The position numbers were made by a program, and so were the translations under genes. A DNA stretch of 64,000 nucleotides from positions 960,001 through 1,024,000 of the forward strand of contig CBDCYI010000005.1 of assembly GCA_965224085.1 (NCBI GenBank), read 5' to 3'. Below, piece by piece: positions 50,274 through 60,774 of this stretch (positions are counted from its first letter, which is position 1; every line of letters starts with the position of its first letter). Below the pieces are notes generated by a model. That model saw only the letters and a program-made list of their open reading frames with translations. It was not told the origin of the DNA and did not search any database. This DNA is from Candidatus Marinacidobacterales bacterium (GTDB taxonomy: Bacteria > Acidobacteriota > Vicinamibacteria > Marinacidobacterales > SMYC01).

Positions 50274-50779
50274 GATTATTCCTCCAGTGATTTAGCAGAC
50301 GACGACCATCGCCGCCCGCGGGGGACAGGGATGATGCCATGTGTGAGAGAGCGGTTCCGAGAAACGCAGGACTCGTTGTCCGGAGCGAAGATCGAACGAA
50401 TGAAGACGACGGCGAAGCCGTCCTCCTTAATCCCTTCTGGCTCCCGTGGCCCGGAAAAACAAGGGAAACGGGTTAGAGGCGAGTGAGTTCACCGCGGCTG
50501 GCTTGCCGTGCAAAACCCGGAGTCCGGAGCCCCTGCCGGAGGCACCCGTCCGCCCATCGCCCATAGTGACTCGCATCACGGCGCGTAGGTTGTGTCCAGG
50601 GCGGCGCAGCCGGCGCGCGAAGCGCGCGAAACCTTGACACGACCTGCGCGCCGTGATTCCCTGGAAGGGCGATGGGCTGCGGCGAAAAAGGCGCAGGCAA
50701 AATGCCCCCAGTTTTGGCTCACCAGTTCGGGAGAGCTTGCAGGTCCCGCCGCCGCGCGAGCGGCTTAGTTCAAGAAACG

Positions 50780-51687
50780 TTACCTGGACAGCGCGCTCTG
50801 TAGGCGCGCCACGTTCTCCTCCATCACGGATAGATAGTCGCCCGAGGTGGGGCGATTCCCGCAAGGATCGAAGATCGCGATCGCGATACCCATGCCTCGC
50901 AATCTCGCGGCCGTGTCCGCGGGTGGGTCCGTTTTCCAGAGCATGAGCTCGGCGGGGTGGTCTTCGAGCAGATGTTCGAGGTTGTGCCATGCGTCGTCCT
51001 CGAAGTCGACGGACTGCACGTTCAACCCGTAGCGGCGCGCGAAGTATTGATACACGGGCTGCGAAGCGACGAGAGGGACGCTACTCCCGACCGTTTCCTC
51101 CATCCGTGCGTCGAGAGCAACCAAGTCTTTTTCGAGAGCGGCCAAGCCGTCCTCGAAGTCAGCGTTTTGCTCGGGGTGCGCGGCGGCCAGCGCGTCGCGG
51201 ATCGCACGGGCTTGAATGACGGCCTGCCTTGGATCGAGCCACGTCGTGACGGCCGTCTGGCCGTGGCTGTGCTCACCTTCGGGGCCATGACTGTGGACGA
51301 CCGCATCTTCAATAATGATGTAGTCGTCGCGAAGCTCTCGGACGTATCGACGAGCTTCGAGGCTGGAAGCGACACACGCTCCACCCACTTGGCGTAAGTC
51401 GCGCCGTTGAGAAGGATCAGATCGGCTTTTTGGTAGCGAGCGATCGTCTCTGCATCGGGACTCCAGCTCGCGGGGTCGGTCTCCGCCGGTGCGGGAAAAG
51501 TCACGTCGACAGCCGCGCCTCCGATACGCTCCGCGAAATAGGCGAGCGGGTAGCTGACGGTATGTACACGGAGAGGAGCTTTCGCGCGTTCGGCCGGTGC
51601 GACATCCGTAGTCTCTTCCGAGCTTCCGCATGCCAGCGGCAGTACCGCCATCGTTATGGTTAACGCTAAACGCAAGTTGAACCTCAC
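50780..51687 (-). pseudogene. Zn/Mn ABC substrate-binding lipoprotein (ZnuA-like), single frameshift near 51340
   Basis: Lipobox LAC, YPLAYFAERIGG, DPASWSP, then other frame HSHGPEGEHSH, TWLDP. Confidence 0.8.
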
Positions 51688-52862
51688 ATTCGAATCAGTG
51701 CTCGAACCAAAGCCGCACCGAACTGGCTCGTAAGAAAGGTGAGCCCCGCGGCCAGCACGATACTCATCACGAGCACCACCACCATTTCCGACGCCATGAG
51801 CGCTCCCACATTAGAGCGCGAGCCGCCGATTTTGAACAGCGTCTCCATCTCGCGCCGCCGCAGCCTCAGCGACAACATGAAGACGAGCGACGCCGAGGCG
51901 AGCGTCGCGATCCCGACGATGGCCGCGCCTGCGAGCACGAAGCTCTCGACCGTGAGAATCGTATCCAGGAGCTCCCCCATGACTTCGGTGGGCCGCGCAA
52001 TCTGAGCACCCTTCGCGGTTTCGTAGCGACCTTGAAGGAGCGCTGACGATTTTTGATTCGGCGGAAAGACCACGACCGCCGTTATCGGATAGTCGGAGAG
52101 ATCGCCATGAAAGTGAAACTCGCCGAGGTTGTCTTCTGTGATCTCGTTGTACTGCACAATCGAGGCGTTCGCGACGACCCGATTGCCTTCGCGCGACAAC
52201 ACCGCGCCCGCCGCATCGCGATTCGCCACATCCTGGTGACCGTGGCCGATCCCTTCAATGATCCACGTCGTTTTAATGTCCACGAAGATCGCGTCGTCAT
52301 CCGGGCTGTCCTCAAGCGCCAAAATCCCTACGATCGTCATCTTCAGGGGATATTCGCCCGCTAGATCGAAGAGGTTCTCAGGCGAAGAGATGACCGCGTC
52401 TCCGAGATGCGCCCCCAACGCTTCGGCGACGCGCGCCCCGACAACGCACTCACCCACAAATGTGAACACGCGCCCCGCCTGCACTTTGAGCTCGCGACGG
52501 TCGAAATATTCAACGCTCGTCCCCACGATCGGATGACCTCGAGAGTGGTAGCGAACATACATCGGCACGATCGGCGCTAGCCCTGAATCCTGGACTTTCT
52601 GGGCCTCGCTATAGCGCATCGGCTCCGGGAAGTTCGAGCGGAAGTAGAGGGTGTTGAGCACGAGCTCGAGTGGGCTCCCTTTGGAGCCGACCACGAGTGG
52701 GGTCGCGACGGCGCGTCGCGTCAGCTGCTCCGAGCTCTGGTTCACGAGGACCCGCAAGCCTACGGGGAGATAGAGAATCAACGTGATCGACGTGAGAAGG
52801 ATGAACGTCTTCAGACGGTGAAACGCCAGATAACGCCAAGCCAGATAGAGAGTCTGCTTCAC
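51684..52862 (-). CDS. FtsX/MacB-type ABC permease with His motifs
   Basis: VVGSKGSPLELVLN.LY, GHGHQD, FHFHGD, LRRREMETLFKIG. Confidence 0.85.
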   Translation of the reverse strand: MKQTLYLAWRYLAFHRLKTFILLTSITLILYLPVGLRVLVNQSSEQLTRRAVATPLVVGSKGSPLELVLNTLYFRSNFPEPMRYSEAQKVQDSGLAPIVPMYVRYHSRGHPIVGTSVEYFDRRELKVQAGRVFTFVGECVVGARVAEALGAHLGDAVISSPENLFDLAGEYPLKMTIVGILALEDSPDDDAIFVDIKTTWIIEGIGHGHQDVANRDAAGAVLSREGNRVVANASIVQYNEITEDNLGEFHFHGDLSDYPITAVVVFPPNQKSSALLQGRYETAKGAQIARPTEVMGELLDTILTVESFVLAGAAIVGIATLASASLVFMLSLRLRRREMETLFKIGGSRSNVGALMASEMVVVLVMSIVLAAGLTFLTSQFGAALVRALIRM

Positions 52863-53554
52863 GACAAGAGCTTTTTGAAATCGACGACGCGCTCGAAACG
52901 GTTAAGCAGACCGTGATCGTGCGTCACCGTGAGAAGCGTCGTGCCGCTCGCCTCCGCATAATCGAACAGGATGTCGAGCACGCGTTCTTTGTTGAGCGGG
53001 TCGAGATTGCCCGTCGGCTCGTCCGCCATCAGCACGGCCGGCTCGGTCACGACCGCGCGGCAAACCGCCACACGTTGCCGCTCGCCTTGCGACAGCTGTC
53101 TCGGATAGCGCGAGAGCTCGTCTCCGATACCCACCTTCTCCGCCACGGCGGCCGCCCTCGCGCGCACGGCTTCGGTGAGCTGGAGCGCCGGGTTGATGCA
53201 GTAGGGCAATAGCACGTTGTCGAGCACCGTCAAATATTCCAGAAGCTCGAACTCCTGAAAGACGAGACCGATATTCTTGATACGGAAAGCGCGACGAGCG
53301 TGCTCGGAAAGACCGGTGAGATCGACTCCGTTCGTTTCGATCCTGCCCGACTGCGGCAACGCGATTCCCGCGATGAGATGCAGAAGCGTCGTTTTACCCG
53401 ATCCGCTCGGACCGATGAACGCCGCCGAGGACGCCCGGCCGACTTCGAGCTCTGCTATCCGTAGCTCGAAGTCCCCTTCTCCGTAGCCAAAGGCCAGCTC
53501 CTGGATGCGGATCACGGGAGAGGACATCCGTTCGGGAGGCCGTTGCGCCTTCAT
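52859..53554 (-). CDS. LolD/MacB-type ABC ATP-binding protein
   Basis: GPSGSGKT, LSQGERQR, ADEPTGNLD, VTHD. Confidence 0.92.
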   Translation of the reverse strand: MKAQRPPERMSSPVIRIQELAFGYGEGDFELRIAELEVGRASSAAFIGPSGSGKTTLLHLIAGIALPQSGRIETNGVDLTGLSEHARRAFRIKNIGLVFQEFELLEYLTVLDNVLLPYCINPALQLTEAVRARAAAVAEKVGIGDELSRYPRQLSQGERQRVAVCRAVVTEPAVLMADEPTGNLDPLNKERVLDILFDYAEASGTTLLTVTHDHGLLNRFERVVDFKKLLS

Positions 53555-53719
53555 GAAGATTCCAAAAACGACGCTGATTATACCTTCCTAGTCAGCCAGA
53601 ATCGCCGACAAGAATTTTTCTCAAAGCTACGCCATTCACGGGAATTCATGTATCGATTAGGGCTATTCATGGTAGTGTTGTGGCATCGCGCGTACAATTC
53701 TTGGAGACCGTTTTAGCGG

Positions 53720-54931
53720 ATGCGAATCGGGCTGAGCTTCACTCTGCTGGGAGCCGTTCTGGCAACGTTTCTCGCTTCCCCGGCACGCGCCGAGAAGCTC
53801 AGGAGCGCCGAATACAAGGCTGCGAGCCTCCAGGGGCACACCTACCTCTACCGGCTCGAGCACGACAAGAGCATTGCGTTCTTCACCGAGCTTGAAAAGG
53901 AATACACCCACCACCCGGGGCCACCGTTAGCCCGATCGATCGCCATCTGGTTTCGTGAGCTCGTCGCTCGCGAAGATCTCGACCTCGAGCGCTTCATCTC
54001 GCCGGGATATTTTACCCGTCCGGCCGAAGAGGACATGCCCGAGGACGACAAACGAGCTTTTTTCGACGGCATCCGGCAGAGCCAGGAGAACGCGACGCGC
54101 TATCTAGAGCAACACTCGGGAGACATCGAGGCGCGCTACTACCTCGGCGCATGCCAGAGCGCTCTCGGCGTTTTCGCTTTCACGATCGAAAGGAGCTTTC
54201 GCAGGGCGCTCAAGCACGGCAAGACGTCCTATCGCATACAGCGTGAGATCGTGGACGAGAATCCCGACTTCAATGACGCTTACATGACAGTCGGGAGCTA
54301 CGAATATGTCGTCGGCAATCTTCCCTGGTACATCAAATGGTTCGCGAATCTCGCAGGCTATCACGGCAGTGAAGTCCGGGGCTTCGAATATCTCACCCGC
54401 GCCGCGACGAAGGGCGATTTCGTCCAAAATGACGCCCGCCTGCTGCTGATGGTCCTGTACGTCCGCGAGGACGAGAACGCCTACGCCCTGGAGATGGCCG
54501 GGCAGCTGCACCGCAAATATCCAGAAAACTACTTGCTGCATATCAACAAAGCGCAGATAATGGAGCGGATGGGAAAGCCCGCCGAGGCGGCGAAAATGTA
54601 CGCGGCGGTTGCACGGCACGCTCTCGACAAAATCCCGAACTATCAGAACCTTCCTCTCGACAAAATCCGCTATCCTCTCGCACAACGACTGCTTGCGCTC
54701 GGAAGCCAAGATGAAGCGCTCGACCAGTTCCAGGGCGCCGCGGAAGACCCGGGGACACCCGACCGTGAGAGGGCGCTTTCACATCTGCGCGCGGGCGAGA
54801 TCCTCGACAAGATGGGCCGCCGAGAGGAGGCCACGGCGCACTATCGCCGCGTCCAAGAGCTTCCGGATTACAACGGCACGCACACGACGGCGGCAAGCTA
54901 TCTTCGCCACCCGTACGATCGCGAACAGTAG
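53720..54931 (+). CDS. Exported TPR-repeat protein
   Basis: Signal peptide, DAYMTVGSYEYVVGNLPW, TPR helices. Confidence 0.8.
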   Translation: MRIGLSFTLLGAVLATFLASPARAEKLRSAEYKAASLQGHTYLYRLEHDKSIAFFTELEKEYTHHPGPPLARSIAIWFRELVAREDLDLERFISPGYFTRPAEEDMPEDDKRAFFDGIRQSQENATRYLEQHSGDIEARYYLGACQSALGVFAFTIERSFRRALKHGKTSYRIQREIVDENPDFNDAYMTVGSYEYVVGNLPWYIKWFANLAGYHGSEVRGFEYLTRAATKGDFVQNDARLLLMVLYVREDENAYALEMAGQLHRKYPENYLLHINKAQIMERMGKPAEAAKMYAAVARHALDKIPNYQNLPLDKIRYPLAQRLLALGSQDEALDQFQGAAEDPGTPDRERALSHLRAGEILDKMGRREEATAHYRRVQELPDYNGTHTTAASYLRHPYDREQ

Positions 54932-54933
54932 TC

Positions 54934-55633
54934 TTGGCTAGCCCGCACCGTCTGTTCGCCCTCTTGGTCGTCGTGATGTCCGGCGCCTGCAGCAACGACG
55001 ATCCCCAGACCATCCGAATCGATTTCGCTGCAGGGACTGCGGGCTGGAACGCGGGTTTCGCCGACTATCCGGTTGGCCAGGATGCGTTCTTCGAGCTCGA
55101 CGCGGACTACCGTCCTCTCATGCTTCCACTAAACGTCGGGCAAAACGCGCATTACATCACCGGCAACAACCATAGCGACGACTTGTGGATGTATTACAAA
55201 GGCCAGGTCGCCGGGTTGGATGGTAATCGGCGTTACAGTGTGCGTTTCGATATCGAGATCGCCACGAACGTCCCCATGGGATGCGTCGGCGTGGGCGGCG
55301 CACCAGGCGAAGGCGTCACCGTGAAAGCTGGTGCGTCGGAGATCGAGCCAGAAGCCGTGGTCGTCGGCGCCGATTGGCGTATGAACGTCGACAAAGGTAA
55401 CCAAACCGGAGGCGGCGTGAACGCGGTCGTTCTTGGCGATGTCGCGAGCTCCATTCCCTGCGGCGAGACACCTCAGTGGGAGTTGAAGCAGCTATCGAGC
55501 GGACTCGATGCGGTGGCGGTCACGACCGATTCGCGCGGCAGCACGTGGCTTTTCCGTCGGCACCGATTCAGGTTTCGAAGCGACGACGAGCGTTTACCAC
55601 ACCTGGGTGGTCGCGACGTTCGAGCCCTTGTAA
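54934..55633 (+). pseudogene. Conserved lipoprotein, frameshift near 55553
   Basis: Lipobox SGAC, GFADYP, GNNHSDDLWMY, MNVDKGNQ; tail VGTDSGFEATT..FEPL* lies in another frame. Confidence 0.65.
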
Positions 55634-55646
55634 ATCCTGTAAAGCG

Positions 55647-57155
55647 TCACGAAAGCCGTCGCAATATCCCGTTCGGCTCAGATAGCGCCTGCTCGACGAT
55701 CGCGTCCGCACGGGCTTGTGTGTTGGCAACCGCGTAAATACGCAGCTGCGGCGCGTTTCCCGAAGGCCGGATATGCGCGATGTCGCCGTTCGCGAAATAG
55801 AGCCTGAGGCCGTCGGTAGTGTCGATGTTCAAGATATCGTCGAAGCCCAGCTCGCCCGTAAAGTAGCCGGAGAGCTCTTTTCGGATCGCGCAGAAGTCGC
55901 CGGGCGTATAGCGGCGGATGATCTCGAGACTCTTCTCTCGGGCGAAATCATCGAGGAGGCCGGCCTTGCTGTAGCGAGGTGGAAGCTCCGAGAAGAGCTC
56001 GACGAGCGAACGGCTGCGTTCGGCCGAGGCGTAGAGCGCGCACAGGATCGGCAAAACCGCGTCGCGCGTCGGGAGCGGGCTCAGATGACGCCCATCCTTT
56101 TCTATCTCCGAGCCCGTCAGGAATCCGCCATTGGCCTCCCAGCCCACGACGTTCTGGCCATGAGCTTCGAGCATGGCTTTCACCACGTAAGGCGAGCCGA
56201 TGCGGGTTTTCATGACGTTTTTGAGCTCGAGGTCAACAGCATCGTTCGTGCTTACCGGCACACAAACCGTATCGGCGCCCAGATATTTCGCAACGATGAT
56301 GCCGAGAAGGTCGCCGCCGCAAAAGCGCACGCGTCCCTCGGGGTCGATCCCGGCGACGAGCGGCCGATCGCTGTCGCCATCGGTGGAGACGATGGCATCG
56401 GCGCCGCGCTCGTCATCCGCCATCTCTTGTAGCTCGGCGAGCCGTTCCGCGGTGATGTCTTCCGTGTCTATCGGGATGAACGCGTCGCTGCGGCGCGTCG
56501 ATACGACCGCGGCTCCCAGCCGGGTGAGGATCTCTGCGAGCAGCGCCCGACCGACAGCCGAGTGCTCGAACACGACAACACGCTTTCCCGAAAGCCCACT
56601 CGCGGGGAAAAAATTCACGTAGCGCTCCACATAGGCGGCGGCACCACGCTCGCTCACGGCAGGTAGCGCCATCGGCTCTTTCAGCATGCCGTCATTGGCG
56701 AAGGGAGAGGCGGCAGCACTTCGTCCATATTCCAGCTCTCGTACCTTTGCGACCGCCGCCAGAATCCCGGCTTCGTCCTCTTTGAGAACCTCCCCCGCCG
56801 GCTTTCCGAACTTGATGCCGTTGCGGTCGAAAGGGATATGGCTTCCTGTGACCATGACGTGCGGTCTTCGGTTCTCGATGCCGTGAAAGGCCAATGCCGG
56901 CGTCGGGATCTTGCCAATATTCTCCACGACGCATCCCGCGTCCTCGATCGCCTTCGCGACAGCGCATAGGATACGGTCCGTGCTCGGCCGAAGGTCTCCC
57001 GCCACAGAAACTTTGCCGTCGCGCGCGACGACATAGTCGAGAAACCCTCGCGTATTGATGTAGGCTTCGAGGTCGGTGATGTCGGTGACGAGACCTCTCA
57101 GACCGCTCGTGCCAAAGGCGAGCGCCGCAGGAATACGGCCGCGAAACATCGTCAT
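55647..57155 (-). CDS. manB: Phosphomannomutase/phosphoglucomutase
   Basis: FGTSGLRG, VTGSHIPFDRNGIK, STDGDSDRP, RPSGNAPQLR. Confidence 0.9.
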   Translation of the reverse strand: MTMFRGRIPAALAFGTSGLRGLVTDITDLEAYINTRGFLDYVVARDGKVSVAGDLRPSTDRILCAVAKAIEDAGCVVENIGKIPTPALAFHGIENRRPHVMVTGSHIPFDRNGIKFGKPAGEVLKEDEAGILAAVAKVRELEYGRSAAASPFANDGMLKEPMALPAVSERGAAAYVERYVNFFPASGLSGKRVVVFEHSAVGRALLAEILTRLGAAVVSTRRSDAFIPIDTEDITAERLAELQEMADDERGADAIVSTDGDSDRPLVAGIDPEGRVRFCGGDLLGIIVAKYLGADTVCVPVSTNDAVDLELKNVMKTRIGSPYVVKAMLEAHGQNVVGWEANGGFLTGSEIEKDGRHLSPLPTRDAVLPILCALYASAERSRSLVELFSELPPRYSKAGLLDDFAREKSLEIIRRYTPGDFCAIRKELSGYFTGELGFDDILNIDTTDGLRLYFANGDIAHIRPSGNAPQLRIYAVANTQARADAIVEQALSEPNGILRRLS

Positions 57156-58222
57156 CGCGGCACCGTCGCTTTGTAGAGTGAAAGCGATCCTTGCACGTGA
57201 TACGTCTCTCCTTCCGGCACGAAGAGCGCTTGACCTCTCGAAACAAGATGCTCCTCCACAGTCCCTTCGCCCTCGGTGACAAAAAGGATCTCGGGACCAT
57301 GGTCGCTGGTATTAACGTGACCGCCTTCGATGCGGCGGAGCTCGAACTCCTTCGCCGGAGCACGATAGGCCCACTCGCTCGGGCCGAGCTTCGACGTCTT
57401 CAAAATCTGCGCCGCCTCTCCGCGAAAGACAACATTGTTCAGAAGCTCGGGGATGTCGACGTGCTTTTTCGTCAGCCCGCCGCGCAGAACGTTGTTCGAG
57501 TTAGCCATCATCTCGACGCCCGATCCCTCGAGATAGCTGTGGAGTGTGCCCGCATCGAGGTAGATGGCCTCGCCAGGTCGAAGGTAGATCAAATTCAAGA
57601 GGTAGATCGAAAAAAGACCTCGATCATAGTGACCTTTCTCAGAATATTCTTCGTGACAGCGAAGGACCCAATATTCCCGATCCTGCTTCCCGTAGTTACC
57701 GTCGCGGAGCCTCTCAACGATCGGGCCGAGCTCCGCATCGACCTCGTCTCGAGACATCGTCATCAGCTTCCGGTAGAGCTCTTTCAGGGGCTCGTTACCG
57801 AACGGCGTCGGGTCGGGACGAAAGCCCCGGAGCGCGTAGAAATCGGTGAGGGCGCAGAGAAGCTCGGGTTTGTGATGAGCGTCGCGATAATTTCGATGGA
57901 GCGCGTCGATCGGGATCCTGGCCGCATTCTCCTTCGCGAATCCTTCGCGAGCCCGGGATTCGCTCGGGTGCGTTTGTATCGAGAGAGGCTTGGCCGCTGA
58001 AAGGATCTTCATGAGGTAGGGAAGCTCGCCAGAAATCATCTCGCCGAGCGGGCGCTTCTCGTCTTGAAGCAAAACTTGTGACGGCAAGTCGGGATGCGCG
58101 CCGAGCCATAGCTCCGCGTAGGGTCGCCTCTCGGTGTTGTCGACGCCCAATAGCTCGGGGATGAACTCCGTGCCGCCCCAAGCGTAGTGTTGGATCCCGG
58201 CCTCGAGCCGGTAGATGCTCAT
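57152..58222 (-). CDS. manA: Mannose-6-phosphate isomerase class I
   Basis: QHYAWG, AELWLGAHP, PLSIQTHP, HHKPEL, AGTLHSY, EMMANSNNVLRGGLT. Confidence 0.93.
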   Translation of the reverse strand: MSIYRLEAGIQHYAWGGTEFIPELLGVDNTERRPYAELWLGAHPDLPSQVLLQDEKRPLGEMISGELPYLMKILSAAKPLSIQTHPSESRAREGFAKENAARIPIDALHRNYRDAHHKPELLCALTDFYALRGFRPDPTPFGNEPLKELYRKLMTMSRDEVDAELGPIVERLRDGNYGKQDREYWVLRCHEEYSEKGHYDRGLFSIYLLNLIYLRPGEAIYLDAGTLHSYLEGSGVEMMANSNNVLRGGLTKKHVDIPELLNNVVFRGEAAQILKTSKLGPSEWAYRAPAKEFELRRIEGGHVNTSDHGPEILFVTEGEGTVEEHLVSRGQALFVPEGETYHVQGSLSLYKATVPR

Positions 58223-58635
58223 GGGTCGCTCGGGACGAGACGTTCGAGCGCCTCTATCCAGTTCAGGACAACGTGGATCTCGGTCCGGCGGAGCTCTTCG
58301 TCACTTTCTTGGATCGTGAGAAAACGGTGACCGTCCGGAGAGAACATCGCCGCCGATTCGTTGAGCTCGGTCGCGAGGAAGGGCCGGGGCTCGCTTCGCT
58401 CGCTTCCCAGCTCCAGCACAAAGATATCGAAACTCGTCTTGGGGTGCTCGTGGTTGAAGGCTAGCGTCTTGCCCGTGTCGTTGAACTGGGAATCGAGAAG
58501 CGCTACCGGCGTGCTGTCAGCTCCGACGCTCGTCAGTACGATGTCCTTGTCGCCGTCCTGGCGAATAATCCCCCCTGTACCGATCGGCGAAACGATCGCG
58601 TAGGGGCCGAGACGAGTTCCGGAAGTGAGCGCCAT
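58219..58635 (-). pseudogene. Ser/Thr kinase-PD40 propeller gene collapsed in frame to 138 aa
   Basis: MALTSGTRLGPYAIVSPIGTGG | propeller pieces | FSPDG|HRFL...EIHVVLNW. Confidence 0.75.
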
Positions 58636-58925
58636 TTGTAGCCTTTGGTAATAGGGAATCTAGCGGCCCGGGAGACCGAAATCAAACAGAGAGGAAGATC
58701 GAAGAACCTTGCAGCTCGGCGTCAACGATCTACGGTCTCGCGAGTACAGCTTGGAAGAGGGTGCTCCACTAGGAGGAGCACACAAGCTTAGAGGAGTCGA
58801 CCCATGAGGACACTACATCTCACCATAATAACTTGAATGCTGGCGGCTGCTGTCCTGGCGGTACTTTCGAGTGAACGAACGATTTCGGTCACTCTCCGAT
58901 GACCTCCGCCCACGCGGGCGGTGCC

Positions 58926-59731
58926 ATTGCTGTCAAATTGAGCTGGTGACTGACAGAATGGTCCAATGAAGACCGATGCGCCAAGCTACCACGGCTATCG
59001 ATTTCCACCGGAAATCATCAGCCACGCCGTCTGGCTCTACCACCGATTCTGCGTGAGCTTTCGAAACGTCGAAGAGCTGCTTGCTCAGCGAGGCATCACG
59101 GTTTCCTACGAAGCGATCCGACTTTGGTGCATCAAGTTCGGGCCGGAATACGCTCGGCGACTGAAGCGTCGGCAGGGTCGCCTTGGTGACACGTGGCTCC
59201 TGGACGAGGTCTTCATAAAGATACAAGGCGAACGCCAATACCTCTGGCGCGCGGTAGACCAAGATGGTGATGTGATTGATATCCTCGTCCAGCCTCGCCG
59301 TGATCAGAAAGCCGCCAAACGATTCTTCCGCAAGCTGTTGAAAGGGCAAGGCCGTCCGCCCTGGCAGCTGGTCACCGACAAACTGAGAAGCTACAGTGCC
59401 GCTCACCGCGAGGTCATGCCGTCCGTCGTCCACGACACTGACCAGTACAGAAACAACCTAGCCGAAGTCTCGCACGAACCGACGCGACAACGGGAACGAC
59501 AGATGCGGAAGTCTAAAGCTCCTGGGCAGGCGCAACGATTCTTGACCGTGCATGGACTCGTGCAAAACCTCTTTCGCGTCGGACGGCATTTGTTGCAAGC
59601 GCATCATCATCGGGAGCTACGAGACCGCGCTTTCATCGTCTGGCAGGAGGTAACCTGTGCCGTCCGATGAGAGCAAAGGAAATCAGCTCGACGCAATAGG
59701 TTCGCTCGCTCAACGTCAACTTGACAATACC
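58926..59731 (+). mobile_element. IS6-family element
   Basis: Right IR AACTTGACAATACC, degenerate left IR ATTGCTGTCAAATT. Confidence 0.88.
58966..59670 (+). CDS. IS6-family DDE transposase
   Basis: YRFPPEII, WLLDEVF, YLWRAVD, VTDKLRSY, NNLAEVSH. Confidence 0.93.
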   Translation: MKTDAPSYHGYRFPPEIISHAVWLYHRFCVSFRNVEELLAQRGITVSYEAIRLWCIKFGPEYARRLKRRQGRLGDTWLLDEVFIKIQGERQYLWRAVDQDGDVIDILVQPRRDQKAAKRFFRKLLKGQGRPPWQLVTDKLRSYSAAHREVMPSVVHDTDQYRNNLAEVSHEPTRQRERQMRKSKAPGQAQRFLTVHGLVQNLFRVGRHLLQAHHHRELRDRAFIVWQEVTCAVR

Positions 59732-60126
59732 GTCGCCCCGGTTTCGTGATGGGTGCGCGCAAGGTTCTCGACGTCGAAATCGACGAGCGTGTCGGCGTTC
59801 ACGAGCAGAAACGCGGCCTCATCCTCGAAGTGATGCGAGGCGTGCTTCAGTCCACCCGCCGTTCCCAAAAGCTCGGACTCCGGGGATAACTCTATCGCGA
59901 TCTCCGCGCGGCTGCGCTCGAGCGCAGCCTCCACCATCTTCGCGCAGTGGTGAAGGTTCACGACGGCTTCCCGCACCCCGGCCCGAGCGAGCCTTCTCAG
60001 GACATACTCGATCATCGGTGTGCCGAGAAGCGGCAGCGCCGGTTTCGCTCGATGCACCGTCAACGGCCTCAGCCGTTTGCCAGAGCCCGCCGCCAAGACC
60101 ATGGCTTTTCGAACCAGAGGCGTCAT
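59732..60126 (-). pseudogene. Sugar-phosphate nucleotidyltransferase (NDP-sugar synthase), truncated by IS6
   Basis: KAMVLAAGSGKRLRPLT..RAKPALP, LLGTAGGL, LLVNAD; ends at the IS6 IR. Confidence 0.85.
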
Positions 60127-60698
60127 AACGGTGTCGACGGATGGTCTGGGAACACCATGAACTCGGGCGCTCCGGGCGTCGTGTCACGGTGCAGCTCGTA
60201 GAGGCGGGGATAGCTGAGATTGATCGCATCCTCCATGTCGAAGCCGAGCCGGCCTGCCATCTCCGTGATGATCGCGGGCGTCGCTTCGATCTCTAGAAAA
60301 ACACCCAGCGGAGTCTCGTCGATCGTCAGGATGGCCGACTCGGTGCGGTAGATCGCCCGGTATTTCTCGTAGCGGAAGCATTCGACCAGTCCGAGAGCTT
60401 CGAGAATCCCTGCCACCGCGTCGGCGTCGTCGAGAAACGTCTCGAACTCGCGTCGCTGCTTGATCCACCCGCGCCCGTGATGAGGCCCCTTCCACGTGAG
60501 CCAGGACTGGTCCCCGACGCGGCGGAGCCGGAGCGCTTCGTCTCGCTTGGTGAGCCGCCTGTCGGCGTAGTCGTAGAGCACGTTCAGCTCGAAGTGGCGC
60601 GGTTTCTCGACATGGGCCCCGACCGCCTTGAGCTCGGCCGAACTACTTTTAGCCGCTGGCAGGCGAAACTTGACTTCTTGTTCGAGCAGTATGGTCAA
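60123..60698 (-). CDS. CYTH-domain protein (class IV adenylate cyclase-like)
   Basis: EQEVKF (ExExK), ALRLR, LTWKGP, RREFE, YEKYR, FLEIE. Confidence 0.88.
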   Translation of the reverse strand: MTILLEQEVKFRLPAAKSSSAELKAVGAHVEKPRHFELNVLYDYADRRLTKRDEALRLRRVGDQSWLTWKGPHHGRGWIKQRREFETFLDDADAVAGILEALGLVECFRYEKYRAIYRTESAILTIDETPLGVFLEIEATPAIITEMAGRLGFDMEDAINLSYPRLYELHRDTTPGAPEFMVFPDHPSTPL

Positions 60699-60774
60699 TA
60701 GGGCTCCTCAACTAGAGACGCCCAGTGTAAGTCGCGCCTCCAGGACGACGCAATCGTGGCACCGCCGATGCTCG

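Larger units (their letters stand above)
48007..50773 (-). mobile_element. IS91-like element carrying a tyrosine recombinase, bounded by a 14-bp inverted motif
   Basis: TTGAACTAAGCCGC at 48007-48020 and its exact reverse complement at 50760-50773. Confidence 0.75.

Noticed and set aside
58933-59433. Antisense ORF in IS6, like other long antisense ORFs (19160-20575, 25099-26415, 61282-62769)
   Set aside because: Shadows of GC-rich coding strands with no motifs of their own
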